Shown piece by piece: positions 1-7,695 of a DNA stretch of 64,000 bases. A program made the position numbers and the translations under genes. Under the pieces are notes generated by a model that saw nothing but the letters and a program-made list of their open reading frames with translations, ran no database searches and was not told the DNA's origin. Origin of the DNA: Candidatus Omnitrophota bacterium (GTDB lineage: Bacteria; Omnitrophota; Gorgyraeia; Gygaellales; Profunditerraquicolaceae); assembly GCA_963805065.1 (NCBI GenBank), contig CAWDSS010000010.1, positions 600,359 to 664,358 of the forward strand, written 5' to 3'. Each line of letters opens with the position of its first letter. Position 1 is the first letter of the stretch.

Positions 1-23
1 TCGACATTAGAAAGTAAATAGAC

Positions 24-1208
24 ATGCCGATAAAAGTAGGCGTAGGCCTAAGCACGCAAAGAGACCCGGTCCTGGCAGCCAGGGAAGCCTTAAAAAGCGC
101 GCACTTTAATCTTCATACCGAGAAGATAGACCTGGCTATTCTGTTTAGTTCTGACGACCTCTCTTCCCAAAGCCTCATAAGGACAATCAGCATCCCTCTT
201 GGCGCACAAATTCCCATAATAGGCTGCAGCGGCGCTGCAATAATCTGTAATCAGAATATATTGAAACACGGGGTTGTGATAATGCTTTTATCATTGCCTG
301 CGGGGGTTTATTTTAATACAGCCGTCACCAATGAACTCCTTGCCAAGGGTTCAATTAATGCCGGCCAAGAATTAGGGCAAAAATTAATTTATGGCTTCGG
401 GAATGTCCGCAGGGGCCTTAGCATTATATTCTCCGACGGGTTAAGCCGGCAGGGCTCGAAACTTATCTTCGGGCTTCAGGAAAGATTGGGCAAAAGTTTT
501 CCTCTGGTGGGAGCGTCGGCTTCTGATAACCTTAAATTTCAAAAAACCTATGTGTACTTCAACCAAGAGATATTAAACGATGCGGCCTGCGGAATTCTTT
601 TGGGAGGAAAATTAAATTTTGGCGTGGGAGTAAAACACGGCTGGAAGCCACTGGGAAAACCCCGCTATATAACCAAATGCGAGGATAATGTCGTCTATGA
701 AATAGACGGAAACACTGCGGCAAAGGTATACGAAGAATATTTTGCCTGCGGCCTGGAGGAGCTTAGGAAAAAATTAAGATACATCTCCATACTCTATCCA
801 ATAGGGATTTACCTGCCCGGAGAAAAAGAGTATCTTTTGCGAAACTTAACCTCTATAGGTAACGACGGCTGTTTAACTTTTCAAGGCAATATTCCTCAAA
901 ATAGCATTGTGAGGTTGATGATCGGGACAAAAGAATCCTGCCTTGCTGCCGCAAAGCAGGCAGCTGATGAGGCCAAAAGATCGTGCCCGGGTAATTTTGT
1001 GCTTGTATTTGACTCGATTTCAAGATATATTTTGTTAAGGCGCGATGCTAAAAAAGAATTGAAGATAATTAACGAGAGCATCGGCAAAGATATCCCGGTA
1101 ATCGGAGTTTATACCTACGGAGAGCAAGCGCCCTTGGAAGCAATGGGCTACCACGGCCAGACATATTTTCATAATCAAACTGTGGTTGTGCTTAGCGTAG
1201 GAGCTTAA
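24..1208 (+). CDS. FIST-domain sensory protein
   Basis: 394-aa ORF starting at ATG 24. Motif pattern typical of FIST_N/FIST_C proteins (VGVGLS..., IFSDGLS, VGASASD, GWKPLG, YPIG, C-terminal GVYTYGEQAP). Its stop lies 1 nt before the kinase start, suggesting an operon. Confidence 0.7.
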   Translation: MPIKVGVGLSTQRDPVLAAREALKSAHFNLHTEKIDLAILFSSDDLSSQSLIRTISIPLGAQIPIIGCSGAAIICNQNILKHGVVIMLLSLPAGVYFNTAVTNELLAKGSINAGQELGQKLIYGFGNVRRGLSIIFSDGLSRQGSKLIFGLQERLGKSFPLVGASASDNLKFQKTYVYFNQEILNDAACGILLGGKLNFGVGVKHGWKPLGKPRYITKCEDNVVYEIDGNTAAKVYEEYFACGLEELRKKLRYISILYPIGIYLPGEKEYLLRNLTSIGNDGCLTFQGNIPQNSIVRLMIGTKESCLAAAKQAADEAKRSCPGNFVLVFDSISRYILLRRDAKKELKIINESIGKDIPVIGVYTYGEQAPLEAMGYHGQTYFHNQTVVVLSVGA

Positions 1209-1211
1209 TTA

Positions 1212-2741
1212 ATGCAAAACCTCGTCTATAATATTGGCGCTTTGTTAGCACTGCTGGCTATTGCATACCTGGCGCTCACCCTTCTATTCAAGATAGACAA
1301 AATAAAAGAGCTGCAAACAACCACGGATAAATTGAAGCAGTCGCTGGAAGAAATGGATGAACAGGCAAAACTCATCGTGCGCACAGACATCGAATTAAAC
1401 AAAACCCAGGAGGAACTGGATAAAAGGATGTCCGGGCTTTATGCCCTGCAAAGATTATCGCGTGCTATAACCACTACGCTAGAAGAAAATCAGGTATTTA
1501 AAATGATCGGCGCCAGCCACTTGGAAGACTTGGGGTTTGAAAAAGCCTGCAGTTTCCTCTGGGATGAGCCACAAAAGCGTTTCTTGCCTACCCTAAGCGT
1601 GGGTTACTCTGCCCAGGAATCAGAAACCATAATCTCTTCGGTTAATCAGAATAAAGATCTCTATCTTAATCTAATACAAGACCAGAAGTCTTTATCATCC
1701 ATATCGGTACACCCGGATGTTAGTTCGTCCGAAAAAATAAACAAGGTTTTTAAAGCCTCTTTTTTCGTAATCTCTCCGATATTGCCCAAAGAAGGCGATA
1801 AAGGGATTTTGTTTGTAGGCACGCAAAACACAGAGGCAGCTTTAACTGAGGGGGATGAAGAATTAATCACAATCCTTAGCAATGAAATCGGACAAGCCCT
1901 GGAAAATGCGCGCCTGTTCGAAAAAACCTGGCGCGCGCAGCAGGAATTAGAAATTAAGGTGGAGGAGCGCACGCATGAATTAACCCTCGCTCTTGAAGAA
2001 GTAAAGAAAATAAGCAAGCGCAAAACCGATTTTATATCCAGCGTTTCCCATGAATTAAGGACTCCCCTTACTTCGGTTAAGGGCTATGCGGCGATACTCA
2101 TGGAGGAAAAACTGGGGGCAGTGCCTGCGGCAGTAAAAGAACGCCTGCAAAAAATCAACAGCCACAGCAATGAACTTGTAAACATGGTAAATGACCTTCT
2201 GGATATAGCGCGTATTGAATCCGGTAAAGCAACCATGACTTTGTCTGAACTAGATTTAAACAGCATCATTGCAACGGTTGTGGATTTGATTATGATACAA
2301 TGTAAAACCAAAAATATTGATTTGGTGGTAGATGTCCCAAAAGATATCCCCCAAATTATAGCTGACCGCGTCCAGATAGAACGGGTATTTATTAATCTTT
2401 TGGGTAATGCCGTAAAATTTACGCCACAAAACGGCAAAATCACTATCAGGGCAGAAAAACGCGCCAATGCCATACAAGTAGATATCTTGGATACCGGTAT
2501 CGGCATCCCCGCGGAAGCATTGAATTTGATATTTGACGAATTTTATCGCGTTGACAATTCTATCAACCAACAGGTAAAAGGTACGGGCCTTGGGCTTTCT
2601 TTGGTAAAATATATTATTGAGGCGCACAAGGGAAAAATTTGGGTAGAAAGCAGGGTCGGGGAAGGCAGCACTTTTAGTTTTACTCTGCAAATAAAAGGGG
2701 ACGTTTCTATTTTTAACGCCTCCGGTTTAGCAGAAAAATAG
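1212..2741 (+). CDS. Sensor histidine kinase (TM, coiled coil, GAF-like, HisKA, HATPase_c)
   Basis: N-terminal hydrophobic helix; H-box SHELRTPLTSVKGY; N/G boxes NLLGNAVKFT, DTGIGIP, GTGLGLS. The last ~16 codons (IKGDVSIFNASGLAEK) are encoded by REP doublet 2693-2755. Confidence 0.85.
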   Translation: MQNLVYNIGALLALLAIAYLALTLLFKIDKIKELQTTTDKLKQSLEEMDEQAKLIVRTDIELNKTQEELDKRMSGLYALQRLSRAITTTLEENQVFKMIGASHLEDLGFEKACSFLWDEPQKRFLPTLSVGYSAQESETIISSVNQNKDLYLNLIQDQKSLSSISVHPDVSSSEKINKVFKASFFVISPILPKEGDKGILFVGTQNTEAALTEGDEELITILSNEIGQALENARLFEKTWRAQQELEIKVEERTHELTLALEEVKKISKRKTDFISSVSHELRTPLTSVKGYAAILMEEKLGAVPAAVKERLQKINSHSNELVNMVNDLLDIARIESGKATMTLSELDLNSIIATVVDLIMIQCKTKNIDLVVDVPKDIPQIIADRVQIERVFINLLGNAVKFTPQNGKITIRAEKRANAIQVDILDTGIGIPAEALNLIFDEFYRVDNSINQQVKGTGLGLSLVKYIIEAHKGKIWVESRVGEGSTFSFTLQIKGDVSIFNASGLAEK

Positions 2742-2755
2742 AAACGTCCCCTTTT
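2693..2755. repeat. REP doublet (inverted pair of GGGGACGTTTCTATTTTT arms)
   Basis: AAAAGGGGACGTTTCTATTTTT-19 nt-AAAAATAGAAACGTCCCCTTTT. The spacer aacgcctccggtttagcag is shared with the copy at 19322. Confidence 0.9.
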
Positions 2756-2778
2756 TCTTTTTACAAGGAGAATCTTCT

Positions 2779-3714
2779 ATGGTTAGGCCAAGAATTTTGC
2801 TTGTGGATGATGACCCGGACATTCTGGATGTTTTGGAGATTACCCTTTCTGAAGAAAACTACGAGCTCCTGAAAGTCAGGGATGGAGAAGAAGCGTTGAA
2901 GATTATTAAATCCAAGCCCCTGGATTTGGTATTGTTAGATTACGCCATGCCCAAGATGAATGGCCGCCAGGTATGCATGGAAGTAAAAAAAGACATACTG
3001 TTAAGGCACCTGCCGATAATCATGGTAACGGGAAAAGGCGAAGTAAAAGACAAAGTCGGTGGGATTGACGCAGGAGCAGATGATTATATTGTAAAGCCCT
3101 TTGAACCCAAAGAATTGCTCGCGCGCATACGTATGATTATCAGGCGCACGCAAAGAGACCTTGAGGCAAACCCGCTATCTCGCTTACCGGGGAATGTCTC
3201 AATTCTTAATGAATTATCGCGCAGGATTGAAATGAAATCTTTATTTTCCGTCTGCTACCTAGATTTGGACAAATTCAAGACCTATAACGATAAGTATGGT
3301 TTTGAGCACGGGGATGAGGTAATCCGGGAAACCGCGCGCATATTAATACAAGTCGTGCAGCAGGTAGGTAACCCAGACGATTTTATCGGCCATATTGGCG
3401 GGGATGACTTTGTGATTGTAACTGCGCCAAAAACAGTAGATAAAATATGCCAGAAGATTATTGAGGATTTTGAAAAAATATCGCCTTCCTTTTATAATGA
3501 TTCGGACAGGAAAAACGGTTTTATCCTGGCGTTTGACCGCCAGGGCAAAGAGCAGAAAATTCCGCTTTTGTCTATTTCTATCGGTGTGGTTTCAAATGAA
3601 TTCAGGAAGATTGAACACGTGGCACAAATAGGCGAGATCGGAGCAGAAGTAAAATCCCTTGCCAAACGCCTGGAAAGAAGCAACTACATCAAAGACCAGC
3701 GTAAGTCCGAGTAA
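2779..3714 (+). CDS. Response regulator, REC domain plus GGDEF-family domain with variant GGDDF signature
   Basis: REC motifs (LLVDDDPD, LVLLDYAMPKMNG, KPF). C-terminal domain has DLDKFKTYNDKYGFEHGDEV...HIGGDDFVIV, which is GGDEF-like but non-canonical. SD-like aaggag lies upstream. Confidence 0.8.
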   Translation: MVRPRILLVDDDPDILDVLEITLSEENYELLKVRDGEEALKIIKSKPLDLVLLDYAMPKMNGRQVCMEVKKDILLRHLPIIMVTGKGEVKDKVGGIDAGADDYIVKPFEPKELLARIRMIIRRTQRDLEANPLSRLPGNVSILNELSRRIEMKSLFSVCYLDLDKFKTYNDKYGFEHGDEVIRETARILIQVVQQVGNPDDFIGHIGGDDFVIVTAPKTVDKICQKIIEDFEKISPSFYNDSDRKNGFILAFDRQGKEQKIPLLSISIGVVSNEFRKIEHVAQIGEIGAEVKSLAKRLERSNYIKDQRKSE

Positions 3715-3717
3715 AAT

Positions 3718-4453
3718 AAAAGGGGACGTTTCTATTTTTGTTAGATTTAACCCTCTTCCACGTCTATTAATAGTGGAAGGGGGTGTTTTTATGCCAAGGT
3801 CAAAAAGATTAATTCCTATAAATGCAGCTATGCATATTGTGTGTAGAGGCAATAACAAACAAGATATATTTAAAGGGGAAGGCGACAAATTGCGTTATTA
3901 TTCTTTACTTAAAGAGTTCGAGGAGGAAAACAGAGTAACTATTTTTCATTATTGCCTTATGAATAATCATGTACACCTACTTGTTTGGCTTGATGAAAAA
4001 AGTAAGGTATCAAGATTTATGAAACAGGTTAATTTGACTTATTTTAATTATTTCAACAAAATTTATAGTTATGTCGGACATTTATGGCAAGGCAGGTTTA
4101 AAAGCAACATAATAGACACTGATTCATATCTTCTGCAATGCGGTAAATATATTGAACTCAACCCCCTAAGAGCCGGCTTGGTTTATCAGGCGCAAGATTA
4201 TGCCTTTAGCAGCTATAATCATTATGCAAACGGAAAACCCGATTCGTTACTTAGTAATAATCCGATGTATATTGGCTTGGCAAATTCTGAAGAACAGCGG
4301 AGAAACCTGTATATTAATTTTGTGGTAGATACTCAGTTGGTAAATAAAGATATTCTAATCAAAAGATTTAAAAGAGGTAAGCCTAAAAATATATAATGGG
4401 GACGTTTCTATTTTCCGCTAAGCTGCAGAGATGAAAAATAGAAACGTCCCCAT
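3718..4453 (+). mobile_element. RAYT unit: REP-associated tyrosine transposase gene with flanking REP arms
   Basis: Single REP arm at 3718-3739, RAYT CDS at 3791-4396, REP doublet at 4395-4453. The outermost arms are in inverted orientation. Confidence 0.7.
3791..4396 (+). CDS. REP-associated tyrosine transposase (RAYT; IS200/IS605 TnpA-like Y1 HUH enzyme)
   Basis: HUH motif in LMNNHVHLLVW and catalytic-Tyr motif GKYIELNPLRAGLV. Start chosen at ATG 3791, preceded by ggaaggggg. The longer tracked ORF from 3659 merely reads through the upstream gene end and a REP arm. Confidence 0.8.
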   Translation: MPRSKRLIPINAAMHIVCRGNNKQDIFKGEGDKLRYYSLLKEFEEENRVTIFHYCLMNNHVHLLVWLDEKSKVSRFMKQVNLTYFNYFNKIYSYVGHLWQGRFKSNIIDTDSYLLQCGKYIELNPLRAGLVYQAQDYAFSSYNHYANGKPDSLLSNNPMYIGLANSEEQRRNLYINFVVDTQLVNKDILIKRFKRGKPKNI

Positions 4454-4489
4454 TTATTTTCAGGGTTTAGGCATTGTGGTTCATTTTAG

Positions 4490-4573
4490 TGCGAGGAGAG
4501 GGACTTGAACCCTCACAGGCTCATCGCCCAACAGCCCCTCAAACTGTCGCGTCTGCCATTCCGCCATCCTCGC
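4490..4573 (-). tRNA. tRNA-Leu (anticodon GAG)
   Basis: Reverse complement GCGAGGATGGCGGAATGGCAGACGCGACAGTTTGAGGGGCTGTTGGGCGATGAGCCTGTGAGGGTTCAAGTCCCTCTCCTCGCA folds as a cloverleaf: 7-bp acceptor stem, anticodon stem ACAGT/GCTGT with loop TTGAGGG, long variable arm, GGTTCAAGTCC T-loop. CCA is not encoded. Confidence 0.9.
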
Positions 4574-4584
4574 ATATGTCAAAT

Positions 4585-5472
4585 TTACTGCTCAGACCAG
4601 GAAAGAATTTTATTTTCTTTCGGGCTTATCACTACTTGATAACGAACGCCGTCTTTGCCCTTAACCTGAGGGATAATATTAAGCCTTAAGTAGTCTGATT
4701 TTACGCTTAAAACACTCATCGCCGATAACAAATCCTGCTCCTGCCTTAAGCTTACGTCGGAGAAGTTCTTTAAATCCGCTAATATTGTTGCCTGGCTGGT
4801 AAATGCGCCGTCTTCTTTCCCCTGCTCAGCTTTATATTCCCGGCGAAAGCGCATAATTATATCTATAAGCTCATCATCCAGGCCCAACGCAGATAACACT
4901 TCGCTTGAGGCAGTATTAATATTTATTTTTCCCAGTCCATAGACGGTAATTGAATCTTTGATTTGATTGTATATGTCTTTGGTCATCCCCTCTACAAGCA
5001 AGAGCTCTTCTTTGCGTTTAAATGGCCGGCGAGTTGATTCTGTAATATTTTTTGCCAGGTCCTCATTTATACCTACCAGCCTTTTTAATACTTCACTAGA
5101 AACCAGGTTAATATTTATCAGCGCCCCTTCATCGACAAATTTCTCTTTTTCCCCGGCTGTTTTTCTTTCGCTAAGGTAATACTTGTAGCCTGGCTTATCA
5201 CAGAGCATTACTATATTTGCCTGCGTAAGCTCGTTATAAGAATCGTAATCCGGGGTAGCATCTTTAATTCTATCTTCAAATACGCGTAACATTGCTGCCT
5301 TTGCCATGGGTAGCGACATGGACTGGCGGATAAAAAAACTTGAGAATTTTATTTCCTGAAACACAAACCCTGCCAGAGCCAGACTTAAAATAGACAAAAT
5401 CGCAAGCGCCCAAAGGCTAACAATAAGAATGCTTCCCTGTTTATGCTGTGGGAATTGTAATAACCGTAACAT
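4585..5472 (-). CDS. gspK: GspK-like minor pseudopilin
   Basis: N-terminal QGSILIVSLWALAILSILSLA hydrophobic segment and the NINTASSEVLSALGL helix-hairpin-helix-like motif, both typical of T2SS protein K. It is the last gene of the pseudopilin run. Confidence 0.65.
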   Translation of the reverse strand: MLRLLQFPQHKQGSILIVSLWALAILSILSLALAGFVFQEIKFSSFFIRQSMSLPMAKAAMLRVFEDRIKDATPDYDSYNELTQANIVMLCDKPGYKYYLSERKTAGEKEKFVDEGALININLVSSEVLKRLVGINEDLAKNITESTRRPFKRKEELLLVEGMTKDIYNQIKDSITVYGLGKININTASSEVLSALGLDDELIDIIMRFRREYKAEQGKEDGAFTSQATILADLKNFSDVSLRQEQDLLSAMSVLSVKSDYLRLNIIPQVKGKDGVRYQVVISPKENKILSWSEQ

Positions 5473-6067
5473 AAGACTTTTCTTTTTGGGTTACATTAAC
5501 CTTGACTGCCAAGGGTAAAGTTGGTTGCTGTTGCCAATCTTTTTTCCAAACATATGCTTTTTGCTGAAGGTCATAAATTAGATATGCAAAACTAAAGTTA
5601 TCTAATCCTTCGGCAAAGGAAGAAAATTGCGGCTCTAATTGCAATTTACCCTTAGCTAAAATATCCGCCAATTTATCCTGGCTTCGATAAAGAGCCTTTT
5701 TATCAGCATCATACGAATAAATGACCCGGTAGATTTCAGAGTCAATTACCGAAGCAAGCTGCAGCTTAATGCCCGTGCCGCTAAAGGCAACATCATTAAA
5801 AAGAAATGCCTGCCTTAATTCCCGGTTTAGTTTTTCCATTTTTAATATAAACGCGCGCTGTTGTGCCTCGGAGTCTTTGGCGCGCCGCCATACGGTCATG
5901 CCGGAATTGAAAGTCGCATAAATAGCCACAGTTACGACAGCGAATATCGTAACTGTGATAAGCAGTTCGAGAAGCGTAAATGACCTCTGGGTTCTGGGTT
6001 CTGGGTTCTCGGTTCTCGGCAAGAACCTAGAACCTAAAACCCAAAACCTAGTTCTATTTTTGTTCAT
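5441..6067 (-). CDS. Minor pseudopilin (GspJ-like) with prepilin-type N-terminal motif
   Basis: FTLLELLITVTIFAVV class III signal motif. Start set at ATG 6067 (MNKNRTRF...). The leader is encoded by heptamer palindrome 5986-6051; an alternative TTG start sits in the palindrome loop. Confidence 0.55.
   Translation of the reverse strand: MNKNRTRFWVLGSRFLPRTENPEPRTQRSFTLLELLITVTIFAVVTVAIYATFNSGMTVWRRAKDSEAQQRAFILKMEKLNRELRQAFLFNDVAFSGTGIKLQLASVIDSEIYRVIYSYDADKKALYRSQDKLADILAKGKLQLEPQFSSFAEGLDNFSFAYLIYDLQQKAYVWKKDWQQQPTLPLAVKVNVTQKEKSYVTVITIPTA
5986..6051. repeat. Heptamer palindrome (GGGTTCT)n-loop-(AGAACCT)n
   Basis: tctgggttctgggttctgggttctcggttctcgg-caa-gaacctagaacctaaaacccaaaacctag; lies within the 5' coding end of pseudopilin 5441-6067. 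Confidence 0.9.
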
Positions 6068-6554
6068 TTTGTTTTTCTTCCTGTTTCCTTGGCAAATACG
6101 TCGAAACCCAAGCATCTTTAGTTCGTCCTGCCTCCGTCCAATCTACCCTAATACAAACTTCCACTAATTTTTCAGTTAAATAATCCGGGCTGGATACTTC
6201 TTTTACTTCGCTTAGCCAGTTAAAATTTCTTGGGCCAATTTTGCGGGTTCCCGAATCAGATTCTAACCCGGGAGTTAAACCTTTTCTTTCGTATGAAACC
6301 AACTCCAGCTCAGCCAGTTTGTCTCTAGCAAGCTGTGTCGCGCTAATATAATTTTGGCTTGCGTTTAGAGCGCCTGCAGAAATTATGTAAGACTGGCTGA
6401 CTATAACCAGCCCAAAGCCCAGTATGGCTACGCTTATCATTAGTTCAATAAGCGTAAATGACCTCTGGGTTTTGGGTTCTAGGTTTTGGGTTCTGGGCAA
6501 GAACCTAGAACCTAAAACCCAGAACCTAATATTATTCCCAGTTCGTAATATCAT
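6054..6554 (-). CDS. Minor pseudopilin (GspI/H-like) with prepilin-type N-terminal motif
   Basis: FTLIELMISVAILGFGLV motif. The leader MILRTGNNIRFWVLGSRFLPRTQNLEPKTQRS is encoded by heptamer palindrome 6464-6528. Confidence 0.55.
   Translation of the reverse strand: MILRTGNNIRFWVLGSRFLPRTQNLEPKTQRSFTLIELMISVAILGFGLVIVSQSYIISAGALNASQNYISATQLARDKLAELELVSYERKGLTPGLESDSGTRKIGPRNFNWLSEVKEVSSPDYLTEKLVEVCIRVDWTEAGRTKDAWVSTYLPRKQEEKQNEQK
6464..6528. repeat. Heptamer palindrome
   Basis: tctgggttttgggttctaggttttgggttctggg-caa-gaacctagaacctaaaacccagaaccta; lies within the 5' coding end of pseudopilin 6054-6554. Confidence 0.9.
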
Positions 6555-6930
6555 CAGCGGTGCCTGGCTGGCCGTCTTTTCCTACGCTGGAAAGATCGTA
6601 TCCATTTTGATTGTGCTCTCCGGGGAATTTATACAGATAGGCCTTGCCCCAAGGATCAAGCGGTTTTTTCTTTAGATATGGCCCCCGCCAGTTGTCTGCT
6701 GCAGCAGGCTTTGTAGTCAAATAGTCCAGGCTATCGGGAAAAGTCCCCATATCCATTTCATAAAGATCCAAAGCCAGTGCAATGCTTGAGCTGATGTCCG
6801 ACTTTGCAGCCTGAATCCTGGCTTGCTCGGAACGGCCGGCTAGCCTCGGCATAACCATAGCTGACAAAATACCGATAATGATTACTACTAACATCAGTTC
6901 GATTAATGTAAAGCCTCTTTTTGTTTTCAT
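6532..6930 (-). CDS. gspG: Major pseudopilin GspG-like
   Basis: MKTKRGFTLIELMLVVIIIGILSAMVMP plus C-terminal WRGPYL...DPWGKAYLY...GKDGQPGTADDI, a classic GspG pattern. Start trimmed to ATG 6930, preceded by ggagg. Confidence 0.85.
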   Translation of the reverse strand: MKTKRGFTLIELMLVVIIIGILSAMVMPRLAGRSEQARIQAAKSDISSSIALALDLYEMDMGTFPDSLDYLTTKPAAADNWRGPYLKKKPLDPWGKAYLYKFPGEHNQNGYDLSSVGKDGQPGTADDITNWE

Positions 6931-7003
6931 GGAATCCTCCCTGTTAATGTCAAATACCAAAGCACAAAATCCAAAATAAATTAAAATTTCAAAATCTAAA
7001 AAT

Positions 7004-7074
7004 AAAAGGGGACGTTTCTATTTTTCTTCTAATTTTAGTTTTAGGGAACGTTAAAAATAGAAACGTCCCCTTTT
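7004..7074. repeat. REP doublet
   Basis: Same arms; the spacer contains gggaacgtt. Confidence 0.9.
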
Positions 7075-7090
7075 ATTCAGAATGAACCTT

Positions 7091-7122
7091 AGTTTTGACT
7101 TTTACGTTTTGCGTTTTACGAC
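7091..7122. repeat. Second heptamer family (GTTTTRC/CTTTTAC)
   Basis: gttttga cttttac gttttgc gttttac; overlaps the pilO-like stop codon. Confidence 0.8.
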
Positions 7123-7655
7123 AGCGACACTGCCAGAATATTAACTTCTATTTTTAGCACTCCGGAAGTCTCATCTTTGCTGGATAAATTAAGCTTGTCA
7201 ATTTTAAAAAGTATATCGGAATTCTCTAAATTATAAATAAAATCAAAAAACTTCTTTACATCCGCTTCAGCGCGAAGTTGCACGTGAAAAGTCTTAGGCA
7301 TAGCCTGGGGATTAACAGAGGCTTGCGGATTCAGGTCCAAGATGGATAAACCCGACTGCCTAGCCAAGGCTTCGATTTTACTTAAGATTACGCCCATCTT
7401 TGCCTCGTCAGTTCCTTTGAGGCTTAAATAACGCTCTATCTGTTTTTGTGCTTTCAAAATATCTTCTTTTTGCTGCACGAGTTCCAGGTATTTACGGATG
7501 CCCAACTGCTGGCGCTCTATGTCAAGCTTAACAGAACTCATTTTTTCAAGCAGCGGATTAAAAATAATCAGTTTGAACATAAACGCCAGCGCCAAAGCTC
7601 CGACGGCAATGGCCAATATTTTTTCACGCTTTCCTAATTTTTTAATATTTAGCAT
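7116..7655 (-). CDS. PilO/GspM-like bitopic assembly protein
   Basis: 179 aa with an N-terminal TM helix (ILAIAVGALALAFMFKLIIF), a coiled coil and a small C-terminal domain. It sits between the PilM/N-like gene and gspG. Assignment rests on architecture and context only. Confidence 0.4.
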   Translation of the reverse strand: MLNIKKLGKREKILAIAVGALALAFMFKLIIFNPLLEKMSSVKLDIERQQLGIRKYLELVQQKEDILKAQKQIERYLSLKGTDEAKMGVILSKIEALARQSGLSILDLNPQASVNPQAMPKTFHVQLRAEADVKKFFDFIYNLENSDILFKIDKLNLSSKDETSGVLKIEVNILAVSLS

Positions 7656-7695
7656 AAAGGTCGACTATTTTACTTTTGGCTTTTAACTTTTTACT

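Larger units (their letters stand above)
6944..7122. mobile_element. Composite element (outer half-TIR, REP doublet, cagaatgaacc segment, GTTTTRC heptamers)
   Basis: ttaatgtcaaataccaaagcacaaaa at the left. The right part, 7075-7122, duplicates 12045-12095. Confidence 0.55.

Noticed and set aside
4474-4689. 71-aa plus-strand ORF
   Set aside because: It overlaps tRNA-Leu(GAG) on the opposite strand and the 3' end of the gspK-like gene. The tRNA cloverleaf explains the sequence.
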